64,000 nucleotides of DNA from Takakia lepidozioides. Taxonomy: Eukaryota > Plantae > Bryophyta. Below are positions 25,165 through 37,469 of this stretch, one piece after another (positions within the stretch are counted from its first letter, which is position 1; each line of letters opens with the position of its first letter). Under the pieces are notes generated by a model, which ran no database searches, was not told the origin of the DNA, and saw nothing but the letters and a program-made list of their open reading frames with translations. The position numbers were made by a program, and so were the translations under genes. Where the stretch lies: NCBI GenBank assembly GCA_030704615.1, contig CM060732.1, forward strand, positions 39,184,001 through 39,248,000, in the 5' to 3' direction.

Positions 25165-26316
25165 GCTGGTTCTCAATGGGAGGCCAGCAGAGTTTAATGG
25201 GTTTTCAGCAGGTTTTGGCTCTGGTTTCATCTATGGATGATCAGGAGTGTTCATAGGCCTGCTTAGCACAAAGTTTGGTGGCCAGCCACTCAGTTGCACA
25301 GCATGTGCAAATGTCCTGTGTAAATTTAGTGTGATCAGAGTAGCATGCTATTCAAGGGAAGATCTCAGCAGGGTTACGAGTGCAAGTCCTCAGCAAGAGG
25401 GAGGACTAGCCACCACTAGGCAATATGTGTGCATGCACTGGCCAGTTGGCTTGACACAATTTTCTTAGATTGTACATAAATGTGGCCTTCTTGAGCCCTT
25501 TTTTGAACTCCCTTTATCACTTGTACAGCTGTCCACTGTGTACAAATGCATGAACGATGGCAAATTTGGGAGTGGGTGTTTCTTCCATATACAACAAATG
25601 TGGGTTTGTAACCAAGGTTCTATCAAGTCTTGGCAGAGGCCTTTGCTACAATCAGACATACATTCAACGCTTAATGGCTGTTATTAAGGTTTGTCCTCAA
25701 GATTTCTATCACAATTTTTCAGAACAGCCACATTTGCTGAGCACTCCTGTTTGAGTCACCAGAGAGTAAAGTTTATTTGCATGTGTGTTTCTCTGAGGAA
25801 GAGAAGTGTATATTGGCTACGTTGCAGATGTTTCCTGTGTCAGCATTCCACCCCCTGGCTTACAGCTGCAACACGCATGATCCACCTCCTTGTGGAGAAT
25901 GGGTGACAATGCTTTCTTGAGTGTGTATATCGTGCCCCTCAGCCTATCCCATGCCGCCTGTCCCTGTGAATTGAAGACCTTCGCGAGGAGAAGGAAGCTG
26001 AAATGGTGATAGTTGTCATGAACAGATCTGAAGGCAAGGCTGCTAAAACCTTCTACACAGAAACTCAAACCACTTGAACAAACTTCAACTAACTTTAACT
26101 TAAAAGCTTAGTGATTTATCACTTTTGGCCTTTAAGTTGACAAATGATTAATCGAAATCTCTTTCTCAATCCCTCAATCTCACAATCTTGTGAATGGATT
26201 TATTAATTTAACTTTCCTTAAATATAACATGTGAAAGTGTTGGGTTCTACCCTAAACCTAATCAAATTGCCGTAGTCTTATGGCCTGGTTTGTATGACAG
26301 GGATGGAGGTTCCATA

Positions 26317-26762
26317 CAGGGTAAGGTCTGGAATAGGGGGTGTTCTCTGGGCTCCCTGTGATTTGAGGGAGAAATAGGGGGAACCCAAAACATGGGGTAA
26401 TATAGAAACACTAATTTTTCTGGGAATTCTTCTATGAAATGGAATGCATGTCTATCAAAACAAATCAGAAATCAACGAGGATAAAATGGATTCCGATTTA
26501 CATGGTCACATCGGGATTAACAAATACATGCATTGGTCAATATTTAACAACGACATACGATTGTTTGCCTTTAGCTGTTTAACTTTCGAAAAATATTTCT
26601 CTATTTTACTAGGTTCAGACTCTATCGGACTATGGAGAGACTTTGAAACAATTCGATATGTAACGGACCCTTCACGTGGAACTTATTTAGATAAAATGAT
26701 TTGTGGTAATTCAACGAAAATGATTGAAGCACTGTGAATTTTGTAGCGGGACCTTACACTCG
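26317..26762. mobile_element. Tc1/mariner-type MITE (about 446 bp)
   Basis: TA|CAGGGTAAGGTC ... GACCTTACACTCG|TA: imperfect TIR, TA duplication and AT-rich interior. Confidence 0.55.
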
Positions 26763-27794
26763 TACGAGATGGCTTCCCAGAACAACCAAAATTATTCCCC
26801 AAAATTGCCCTAAAAAACAAAGGCAAAGAATCAACCGGTTTTTATGCCCAATTAAAAGGCTCTGAATTGTGAGCTGTCATTCCCAGAGTTTCCTTTCAGA
26901 AGTAGGTATATATAATTTCTAAGGTTGAGATTAGTGATGCAAAGCAACAGCGGTTTCAAACCCGGGGCACATCCACTTCCAAAAGGATTCTAAGCGCAAA
27001 AAATGTGTTACATGTGGCTCTCGGCAAATGTATTTTTGCCCAACATGTGGTGATGTGGCCATGCGCTTGGGTGCGCGCTTTGTTGCCCACCACAGCCTAT
27101 GAGTTAGGTGATTTCCGAAGTTCTAGTATTTCCTTTGTCTATGGCTAAATTACACAATAACCTCATAAGATACAAGCAACAACTAGGGCCGACTTAGTAA
27201 GTACAATTTATTTTTTGAGGTCGAAATCTGGCGAAAATTCACCAATAAAAAAAACGCTGGTAGGGATCCACCAAAAAAATAAAATGGGATCCACCATAGT
27301 CGTTGGATAGAGTATGTTTCAGGTCCCATTGTCTACATTACTCCTATCTCTCGGTGTTCAAATATATACATATAGTGAGTTGGTGAGTATTTTTTGGTCA
27401 AAAATTAGCCGTCTATCCTATTTTGTTTCATGTCATTCTAAGATGTATCTTTCCTTGCACACCTAGAGCTCCCTCCAGTTTCTTTGGTTTACTCCGTCAA
27501 TCTCCCTTCAATCTCCCTTCCCCCTTGTGTTACCCTCCGGGATGTTCCCCATGTGCTCATGCCTTCACACCCCAGAGGTTATTTTTTCCTCTTGTATCTC
27601 TTCTCCTTTTCAATATACTTCTGGGTCTTAATCCCGGTTTAAAAATAAATAAAAATGATGCTTACATCGACTTCTGATTTTTGAAAGATTGTGAAGGGAA
27701 TATGTCCACATAACCTTGTTGATAACCTCTGGGGGTTTGTGGCTCTAAAAGCTCAAAGAACCTCCCAACATTGATTAGGACATTAGGACCGCCT

Positions 27795-28515
27795 CTCATT
27801 TTTGATAATTGGGAATTTAACGTGTGCGAGAGGGCCCATGCACGGACGTCGGGCGCCCCCGCGACCACCCGGAGGGTCCGGGTCTGCTCGCAAGTTGGGT
27901 CTGTTGGTAGGTCGGGCCTGCTGACGGTCGAATCGGGTCTGCTCATTGCTCGTAGGTCGGGTCTCCTCGCGGGTCTTGGGTCCAACTGAATGGTCTGCTC
28001 GTCGCGCCGCAGCCCGCCTGCGGGACTCAGAAATTTTTGCGGGAAAACTCGCCCATCAAAAAAAAAAGTCATTAATACACATTTGGCACAACCAGAAATG
28101 AACCCTAAATCTCATAGGTACCACTCAATGCGCCCAACCACCAAACTACACAAAGTTTGCTGATATCCCAACATTTGTTTTCTCTCTTAACCTAGAAAAC
28201 AGCCGCAGTCAGCTCCAACGCCGCCTAGGGTCAGGGCCTGCGGACCCTACCTCGCGGGCAGACCCATCCTCGCGGCGTGAGCTGAGTCTCACCTAGGGCC
28301 TGTGGACCCTACCTAGCGGCAGACCATACATGGTGGCAGACCCACCCTCGCCGAGTCTCGTGGTAGACCATACCTGGGGCAGAGACCCATCCTCGCAGCA
28401 GACCCACCCGTGCCGGGTCATGTGTCACGGCGGGGCCACCCAAGGGCGCCCAGTCCGTGCGTGGGCCCGCTGCCTGGCACACGTAGCCTTAAACTCCCAA
28501 TTATTCAACAATGAT
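27795..28515. mobile_element. Non-autonomous inverted-repeat (fold-back) element
   Basis: Imperfect inverted repeats of about 70 bp (27795-27860 vs 28440-28515). GGTCTG motifs in the left arm are mirrored by CAGACC motifs in the right arm around an AT-rich core. Confidence 0.65.
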
Positions 28516-30487
28516 AAACTATATATATATAACTGGATAGGTAACCGCCGGGTATTAGAGAGAAATTCAAATAATCGCCCAACACTGATTAGGACCTTCC
28601 AAGACTCTTGGTTATGGGAGGTGTCCCTCTTGTTTGGGTGTCTATGGCTTTCCCGCAAGATTATATTTTTCAATATATTTTTGTCCCTTTGCCCCCAAAA
28701 AATAAAATAAAGACTTCATTGTCTATATACTTTATATAACTTGATAGGGAAAGTTGTTAAACGTACCTGAGTTGGATAATGCACATTGTGTCGCCCTAGT
28801 GGTTTAGGGTTCAAATCCTGCTACCTTGCATTGTGTGGTATGGTTTTGCTTGCACTTGGAATGGCTTATACAAAAGGGGGGTTAATTGTTAATTCTCCGA
28901 GGTTGCTCTTGAAAAAAGTAAAAAAAAGTAAAAATTACAGATGTGGTTTACAATTGTTGGGACAACACCGTCCTAAATTTGACCTGCTTGGGAGTAGAGT
29001 GGAGACTAGTCAGAAACTTGTCGAGTGTTCACTGTCGAGTGTGCACGTTGTGTGAGGCTTCACGTTCGTATCCGATGCAGAGCATGCCTTGTGCTGTGTG
29101 TGCTTGCATCATCACCGTCACTAGTCTGCCAGCATGCAGCGCACGGAGACAAGAGCAGCGACAGTTTTGCGATTGTAACTTAGCGAAGGTCTGAGATCAC
29201 ACAGCACCACAACAACAAACAGCAACGCACGCACACGTGTTTCGTGTTGACAGAGTGTGAAGAAGCGCGTGGGAATGTGACGAGAGAGAGAGAGATGGTG
29301 GTGTGCAGGTGCACACACACAGAGATTCACACATGTTGTATACAAAAAACGCACGTTTCTGTTGCACTGTTGCGGCATGCACCATGCTTGCGTTCGCACA
29401 TTGACCACGGACTCACGCTTACACGAGCCTGACTTCACTTGTGCAGCTTTCACACACTTTCCTCTGCATTATATTTTTGTACTGCAGGTGGGTCCGGGGA
29501 GGCCATCTTGCACATAGTTGAATTCACAGACTGCCGATTTGGGCGGGTGTGATTGGATCGGCATGACGGTGAGGCACGAAACTTGATCTAAAAGCTGCGT
29601 ACTAAATGTACTTAGGATGTCAAGGTGACCTCCTGTGTTGTCCCCGACGGAATTGCCCGTTGGCAGTTGCATCAGCTTACAAGTGGGCGTGACGACTCTA
29701 GAAAAATAGCTGGGACGGTGGACCCACACAGCAAAAGCGCGGATTTGTAAGGGAGCAGCAATAGAAACCGCCCAGCTCGTCTCGGTGGGTGAGGATCTAT
29801 GTCCACACCAATAAATGGATGCGTCACACGCTTCCCACCCGTCAAACCTACTCTTCCTTATGAACGCATGTGCCCAATTCAGAATACCCTGGGAGTCAGT
29901 CTTATGTCTGAAGTCTAAACCAGGGTTGAGTACCTACTGAAACCCTTCACTCATTCATCCCAAGGGCCTCCAAGAAACAGCCCTGCATAAATAAGGGTGC
30001 CCACAAACATATAATACCTAATAAGACTTGCTATGCTATTTTGAGCTGAAAAGAAAAAAGAAAAAACAGAAAAGGAGAGCTCCTTTGAACTTAGGGGCAA
30101 CCATAAATAATCCCTCAAAATGAATATAACCGGCCACTGTCCCCTGTTGCGGAATATATATATAACACCCTTCACCTCCGGTTGAGGGGCGTCGATTTAG
30201 CCGAGGGGCAAGAATAAAATGTACGCTGCGCACATGTTTGCCCACCTACCGAGGATGGGCAACCCGTGCTTGACCTCATTTTGGATTAGAGAATGGGTGA
30301 ATGCCGCGATGGAAACATTGGCCCATTGGTAAGAAATCCAAGGGAAAACTCTTATTGAGAATTCCATTGAACCAGTAGAGTTCTTTGTTGGCCTTTTGGG
30401 TAAATAAGTTGATCAATTGATAGTAGAGTTGGTGGTTTGAAGCTCTCCAACGTTCATGCACACAAATTGCCCCCTTTACTATCTATA

Positions 30488-30868
30488 GCGAATGGGGACG
30501 TGCTGGTTTGTGGATTTCGGCCCCAAAAGTTTCAACGGGAATGGCCCTAAATTATAGTGAGGCGTGGCACAAACACCTACCTCAATAGCACGTCCATTTC
30601 ATCCCAGAATCACATGGGCGGCACTCATCCAACCGAGCTACTAGCGGATGGCAATCTTGACCCATTGTCGCGAATGCGGACGTGCTGGTTTGTGGATTTG
30701 GGCCCCCAAAGTTTCAACAGAGATAGCCCTAAATTATAGTGAGGAGCGGCCGGACACATGTCTAATAAGATAATACACAAACACCTACCTCAATAGCCCG
30801 TCCATTTCTATGCCAAAATCACATGGGCGGCACTCATCCAACTCTGGTACTAGCGGAAGGCAACCTCA
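30488..30868 (+). repeat. Two-copy diverged tandem repeat (unit about 180-200 bp)
   Basis: GCGAATG.GGACGTGCTGGTTTGTGGATTT...CACATGGGCGGCACTCATCCAAC...TACTAGCGGA.GGCAA at about 30488 and about 30670; the second copy has an insertion of about 25 bp. Confidence 0.9.
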
Positions 30869-33258
30869 AAGTTCGCAAATTTTTTCAAGGAGAAATACAG
30901 TGCAAATTGTGCGCGTGTGTACTGATGATGGAAACAATTACAACAAGAACAACCCAACACTAAGTTCTTATTGCAGAACTTGATAAACTTCTCTTAACAT
31001 GTAAAAGCTGCAATACTCCGGGAAATTTTGTCAACACATTCCATTCATCAGAAGCAGCAACTAGTAGGAAAAAAAACATACATGACGCAGATGGATGTTG
31101 GTGGACGGTGTCCCTAGAGCCTTGTGCTTGGTGCCTCATGGCGAGGTTACAATGAAAGAGGTTATTTTCTCCTCTAACTGTAATTAAGGGGCCTGATTTG
31201 TGAGCGGTCGGTCACTCCCGGATATTTCCCTTTAGGAAAAAAACGAAGAAAAAAGATGTTGGCAAGTAGTGGCCTTGGCACTGGGACAAACTTTGTATCA
31301 CCTATCCATACATTCAAGGAAGATGTGCATCAAACGCAATGATGCCAGAAACACATCAGAAAGTGCCCCAACTATATGCCTGTGTGTGACTGGCAAGCAT
31401 TCCTTGGATTCATTGGTACTGATTCCCACGTAATCTGCAAGATCTTTGTCACTCTAAGTTTGAGCAAGTACAGACCCACTTGCTACATTCTTTTGTATAA
31501 TGCTCAAGGCACGTTTAAGTTAGCACAGGTGCTCGCAAGCTGCACATTGGGTTCCTCAAGTCCATCCAGCCGAGATCGAGATTGGAATTCATAATAAAAC
31601 CGAGTCCGTAATCAATCCGTACTACTTTACGCACGCATACAGTTATAAGGAATTCATCAATATTTGGGAATTGAAAGATGGCAGTCCGTGGTGATTATGA
31701 CCCTGAGATATTCGTGCTGATCATTTGGGTGCCAATCAGGTTTAGGATCTGTGAGAACATTTTCTTCAAGTGTAATTTGCACTTTGCACCCCCAAGTCAG
31801 ATCGGACCTGTTCTCATGGCCTGATAACATTTGCGAGATTGGCTTTAGCTGAGTGCAGCCACAGAGTCGTAAGCGTTGAATGATGGTCAATCGTGATCAT
31901 GCCCCCAAGTCATAAGGTGCTACCGGGCTGGTAGAGATTGGGCTCGAACTGCCCTTTTGTGTTAATTAAGAAGTTCAAAGTAGCATTCTTGCTCGGTGCA
32001 GCAGCTGACATCACCCACCACTCACACTTTTGCCAGAACCGTGCAGTTCCACTAACTTAGGAGCCTCGAGGAGTACTGGAGTAAAGGGCAGGGAGACTTC
32101 GAGAGCTTTCTGTCGAAAGATTCAGCTGTCTGGCTGTTACCCGGAGTTTCAAGTAGCGTTGGTTTGCAAGCAGGGGGCTTGTTATTGGAGAGCAGGCTCA
32201 CAGAAAGTCACCGCTTCTGGCCATGCTGGCCGGATTTCTTTGTTGGGCGGAGTGGAGACGCAAAAACATTGGTGGGTGTGTTTACTTCTGGCTGCTCAAC
32301 GATGCACTTGTTCGACTCTGAATATCATCAGAATTGGTATCGTGGGGCATGCTCAAGTCTCTCATGCAGGCGTCCAGCTGTGGAATTCGAATGACTACAA
32401 TCTTAAAGGAAGCATAGTTTCTTTCCAGTTGCAGCACATTGCCTGGAAGAAACTGCAGCAAGTCAGTGGTATCCCTGATGCGCCGACCAAATTTGATGAA
32501 AGGCTTTGAGTTTGGAGCTAACTGAGCTTACACCCTTCTTTCAGGTTCCTCTTGGTTTAGGATCTTTTTCACATGTGTTGATACAAATCGTCCCTTTTTA
32601 TCAAGTGTGGTGTCGTTGACTCAGTATATGGCCCTGAGTGAAACCGAGAGTGTGGTGATCATCTTTTCATCTCATTGTTCAAAGGCCTGGATATTATGAA
32701 TCCCTATTGTAGCCTCCTAGTTAGAACGTGCTCCCTCCAGATCAATTATGCTGCTTTCATCATGCCTGCCCTCCTCGACTTTGTACCGGCCATCACTTTG
32801 TGGATATTGGTAGGGATTTTTCCCTGCCCCACGCATGAGTTCTCGTGAGAACGGCTTCTCACCAGCATGTGTGGATTTTGCAACTGAGCTCGTATTGTTT
32901 CCAACCAGGCTTTTGGTTTGTGCAACCTTTGGCCAAAGCTGCCGCCTTTCCTTTCAGCCACAGCAAGTCGGTAACTGGACATACATTCTATCGGGGGTGC
33001 CGCATCATTGGCGTAGTTCTCTGTCAAAGCATCATGGTGGAAGTTAGTGCTTTGACACTTCCGACACCGAGTTGCAGGCATATAACAGTAGTGGGGCATA
33101 GACAGACTATTATAGTTCAGGTGAAACCGATGGGCTTCCAACCTAAATAAGATAATGTGGAGGGTGAGCATCTTCATGGACTTCATGTGCAGTGATGTTT
33201 AATCTGATCGTCGACGCAAAGATCCGCTTCTGGTTCTTGTGACTGTGTGCTATCGGCT

Positions 33259-36200
33259 ATGAAGGGAGATAGAGACCAAGCCGTTGCCCGGGATTTCATG
33301 GGACTTAGGACTAGCAGCAGTGTTACTACAAGAGCAGAAAGAGAGAGGGAGAGCGAGATGGGGAATCAAGGACCTGAGAGGATCTCATCGTTGACTCGGT
33401 TGCGGCAAGCAGGGGAGCAGAGCAACCTTGGTTTGTCTTCGACCTTCTCTAACAATACCATGAGTAGACTAAATAGTCTTCTTGGAAACGGTGGTCTTAG
33501 CTTTAATCCTAGGAGTGGTGTTGGATCAAGAGGGGATATTGGCACCTCTGCTGGCCCTGGAAGTGCGTCTGGCAATTCGACCATCTGTGGGAATGACACA
33601 GTCAATCTTAGCAGGGGAGGTTGCTTCATTGGATTCAACGGGGCTACTGTTCAAAGGTCCCAGGCACAGTATAGGAGAAGATCATTTGAGGCTGAGGAGA
33701 ATAAATCCAAGGAAGAGGGTTTGAGAAGACCATCTTCAAGCGAGAGAGAAAGGGGTATTGGTACCAGTAAGCCGCTGCAAGAGCTGACTGCTGCTGACAT
33801 TCAGAAGCTCTCAAGTGAAGAATGCCGGAGATTAATTCTAGACATTGGTGAGTTTGTCCTAGACTGGGAAGAATATATATACTTATATATATATATATAT
33901 ATATATATACATCCAGTGAAAAGATGTATGAGGTACAAGGTAATTTGACCACAGAACCCCCATGTCAATCTGGGGTGAACTTGTTCATAGATAATACTGA
34001 GAATTGGAGTGTTGCTTTGATGAAAGTATGGCTGGAGCCCAAGTTTGTTATACTTGTGATGCATTTGCAGTATGTGCATGTTGGACGTTTGCAGGAAGAT
34101 TAGTGTTTGCTGTGGCATGTCCAGCTCCACCTGGAAAGTGGGTTGATTGGTGTTGGCTTTTGATCCTCCTTCTGCAGGAATGCAGTGGCCCTCATGGAAC
34201 AAGTCCTTAGCACGTCAAGAGCAGGTACTGTGTAGACCCAAGTGACTCATGAAGAGAGAGAGACCCAATCCAAACCCCATAGGCCGTGTTTGGCTCACCG
34301 ATAGCTATGCACTATGTGGAGCACTGTGCAAACCTGGGTTTCCATACACAAGAGAAGCCCCCTATAATCCTCAGTTCACTCTTTTTATGTATTGGGCTGG
34401 TACTTTGCTGACTGTGGATTTGTTAGTTCACATTGCAATCAGAGATCTTTTGTTTTCCTACCATTGCTTTGACAAAAAGTCCTAGTAACTGGCTTCTGGA
34501 CAGATTACGGTCTTATAAGTTGCATGCTGGTGGACAATCCGCTTTCTTGCATGCTTGGTCGCCAACCATTACAGATCTTACCTCAACACGAAGATTTGGT
34601 TGCGGAGGGCGGAGTGCAGACAATTCTTTTTCACCTTTCTATGTTAAGAAGAATCACTGCAGCTTGTCCACACATGCACCAAGGTTATTTTGACTTGAAG
34701 TGATAGTCCTTGGTCTCTGATTGGTGGGTCTGTTTTCTGTTCATTGCAGCAAGGGTTTTCCTTTGAGCACGAATCAGCCAAAGAAGCCTTGGACCGAGGA
34801 AGCTTTGCAGTAAACAAGGAAGGGGGTCCCCGGTGTAGCGTTCAATCCCCACCACTGTTGCCCACTCAAGCAAGTCATATTGGGAACAACCCGTCTTTGA
34901 GCCTTGCCAGCCGTGCCTTAGAAGAGCTGGCACGCACGCCTAAACGCTTTGGCTCTGCTGCAGGTCTGCCTGGACAATGTTATGTCTTGTTGGTGCTAGG
35001 AATCATTTTGAGGCCATGTGAGTTTCTAGTGTTCTGTCTCTCTCTGTCACACAGACACATTCATCATATAGACTCCAAAGGCCCTTTGTGGGTGTCTGCT
35101 AGAAATGGGAACTAAAAATGTCTCAGGAGTAGGTACATTTATATGCTTGACTTGCTGCAATGCACGCAAAAGAAGTTTCTTCGAACAATCTGTTGGAGAG
35201 TTTAGTGGGTTCTGAAATCTTCATGAAAATAACTGCATTACACTCGCCAGGTATGTCTCTCTCATTTAATACATCCCTGTTGGAGAATGCACTAGGTCTT
35301 AATCTGGTCTCGCGAGCACAATCAAACTCCACAGTTGTAGGTGCCCCAATGCCTGCCACCATGCCCGAGGGGATTGCTGCCGGTGCTGTATCAAAGCAGT
35401 CGTCGCTTGATGCCAGTGCACCTCCTATCCCACAAAGGTGAGCAGTCTTATGTGGTTTTATTCATTGGATTGGTTTTCTGCTATTGCTGCTCACTAATCA
35501 AATGTCATCTGGTATGCGACCCGACATGTCTACATCGGCTTCAGCATTGCGGGAGCCCTCGTGGGTGCAGGGCTCTAGTAAGTGTCAATCAATCCTGCTG
35601 AGTATGGGAAAGACCTCAATCACCTTGTTCTAACAATTAAACATTTTTTAGCAGGTTTTTTTCAACAAAATTTGCGGGGAGGCCTGCAACAGCGCAGCTT
35701 ACCATCTTCTATGCCGGCACAGTGAATGTTTATGACGACGTTCCAGCAGATAAGGTTAGACAGCAGACTTATCAGACAAACTTCTATTGAGTGGCTAGCA
35801 CTAGATCTCTAGAGATCTAGTAGAAGATATATCACTCAGAATTGTACTTGTGTGCAAATACCTTTAACGATTGCTTACAGCAAATATGTGTTGGCATAAT
35901 CTCTTTGGAATAGAATGTACCGGAGCAGGTCGTGTGAAGCCCACTATGTATACATGAGAGCCTAAAACTGCCATAGTGCACATTTTACGACAATGCAGTG
36001 AGAGGAACTGAGTCTAGATTTGTGGACTGAAGTGTCATCATGTCAGAAAGCATAATGTTGGTTTTCCCACATTTCTCTAGCCCCTCTATCTTGCAACAGA
36101 TGTGGCGCATGGCTGTGGTGGCTTCAGTACGAATCACACTATTGAGAATAAAGGTTGTCAGACCTCATGCTTGGGAAAGTACTCCAGGCTGTTGTTGTTA

Positions 36201-37469
36201 GGGGATACAAAACGTCCCCACTGCTGCATCATTTGCATGATACAGGACATTGCCCTTGATACGGGCAGGTTTCCTGATTGACATTGATTCTTGCTTGTAT
36301 TCACAGGCACAAGCCATTATGCTCCTGGCTGGAAGTAGGACACCATGGTCCTCAAGCCTTGGTACACAAGGCCCTGCACCAAGTGGACCTATGCCAGCCG
36401 CTGCAAACCTCAAGGATTCATCCAGGTCTCTGCCCCAACCCATATCTGTCCCTGGACCTTCCCAACAACAGCAGGAGCGGCTGCAATCAGTACAAGTTGA
36501 TGTGCAGCTATCTTGCCCAGCCTCGGCTCCGGTGTCCTCAACCCCTGGCCAGGGCTCTGGTCTGTCTGCCAGACGGGTAACTGTTCAGCAAGTGGAGCAG
36601 CAGCCTAAAAGCTCGAAACCCGACAGTCTCCCTGCTTGTGAAAGTGCACCAATCAGAATTAAATCGTCTTGTACCAGAGGTGCATAGTTTTTCTGTCTTT
36701 TTGATGTGCTCATGCTAGTTTCAAATCACTGCTAAGCAATAAGCATTGGCATGTGTTGATGGAACTCGTGGCCACAGACAATCTTGACATGGACTCGTGT
36801 ATCATTTCTGGTTTTGACAGTGTTGCCAATGGCCAGGAAGACGTCGTTGGTCCGCTTTCTTGAGAAGCGAAGAGAGAGGTATCCCCTTCACCAGCCCTAT
36901 GTTCTCTTCATGGGTGGTCAGCATGGTAAATCAAGGAGATAGAGTAGTTCATTATTTACAAGGTTCATGAACTGCAACTATCTTACTGGCATGTGCTGTG
37001 GATGCACAATTTGGACATGCCTACTCTGGGTGGGTCTGTTTAAGTTTATTCCAGAGGCTCAAGCAGGAATAGGAGATTTGATGGAAATTATTCTTTGGCA
37101 GCCTGTTACACAGTACATCACCCAGGTGCCTGACACTCATCTTTTGAGTCTTTTTCCAGGGCTCGCACGAATGGGCCTTACATTTTGACCTCAAAGAGAT
37201 CCCCTGAACTCTCATCCCCTCCCCCTGGAAAATCAACGAGTCCCACAAGGTCTTCTGATGCTCAACCTGAAATAGGCAGCCTACCCCCACAGAAGTTGAG
37301 CAGACCAAGCACTCCTACAGAAACTGCCGAACTTGCAGAAATGGAGGACACAGATGTGGCCTTGGAAAGGGCTAGTGAAGAACAGGACGCACAGAGGAAT
37401 GGGACAGCTGCTGCAAAACAATCATCACCAGTTGATACTGAAATGGCCATTCCCCTGGTAGGGAGTTGA
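33259..37469 (+). CDS. TIFY-family transcriptional repressor with PPD-like domain, TIFY/ZIM and full Jas motif; 8 exons (33259-33847, 34178-34224, 34750-34963, 35341-35437, 35655-35754, 36307-36679, 36821-36878, 37160-37469)
   Basis: RDFMGL near the N-terminus; KPLQELTAADIQKLSSEECRRLILDI|GMQWPSWNKS; AQLTIFYAGTVNVYDDVPADK|AQAIMLLAG; VLPMARKTSLVRFLEKRRER|ARTNGPY. All junctions are GT-AG and in phase. Confidence 0.93.
33873..33909. repeat. (TA)n microsatellite in intron 1 of the TIFY gene
   Basis: Directly visible. Confidence 0.95.

Noticed and set aside
28790-28825. tRNA-like A and B boxes (TAGTGGTT, GGTTCAAATCC)
   Set aside because: The boxes are too close and there is no cloverleaf; at most a SINE remnant.
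32030-33186. ORFs upstream of the TIFY gene as separate genes or conserved uORFs
   Set aside because: No motifs; probably 5' UTR or intron. Cannot be supported without transcript data.
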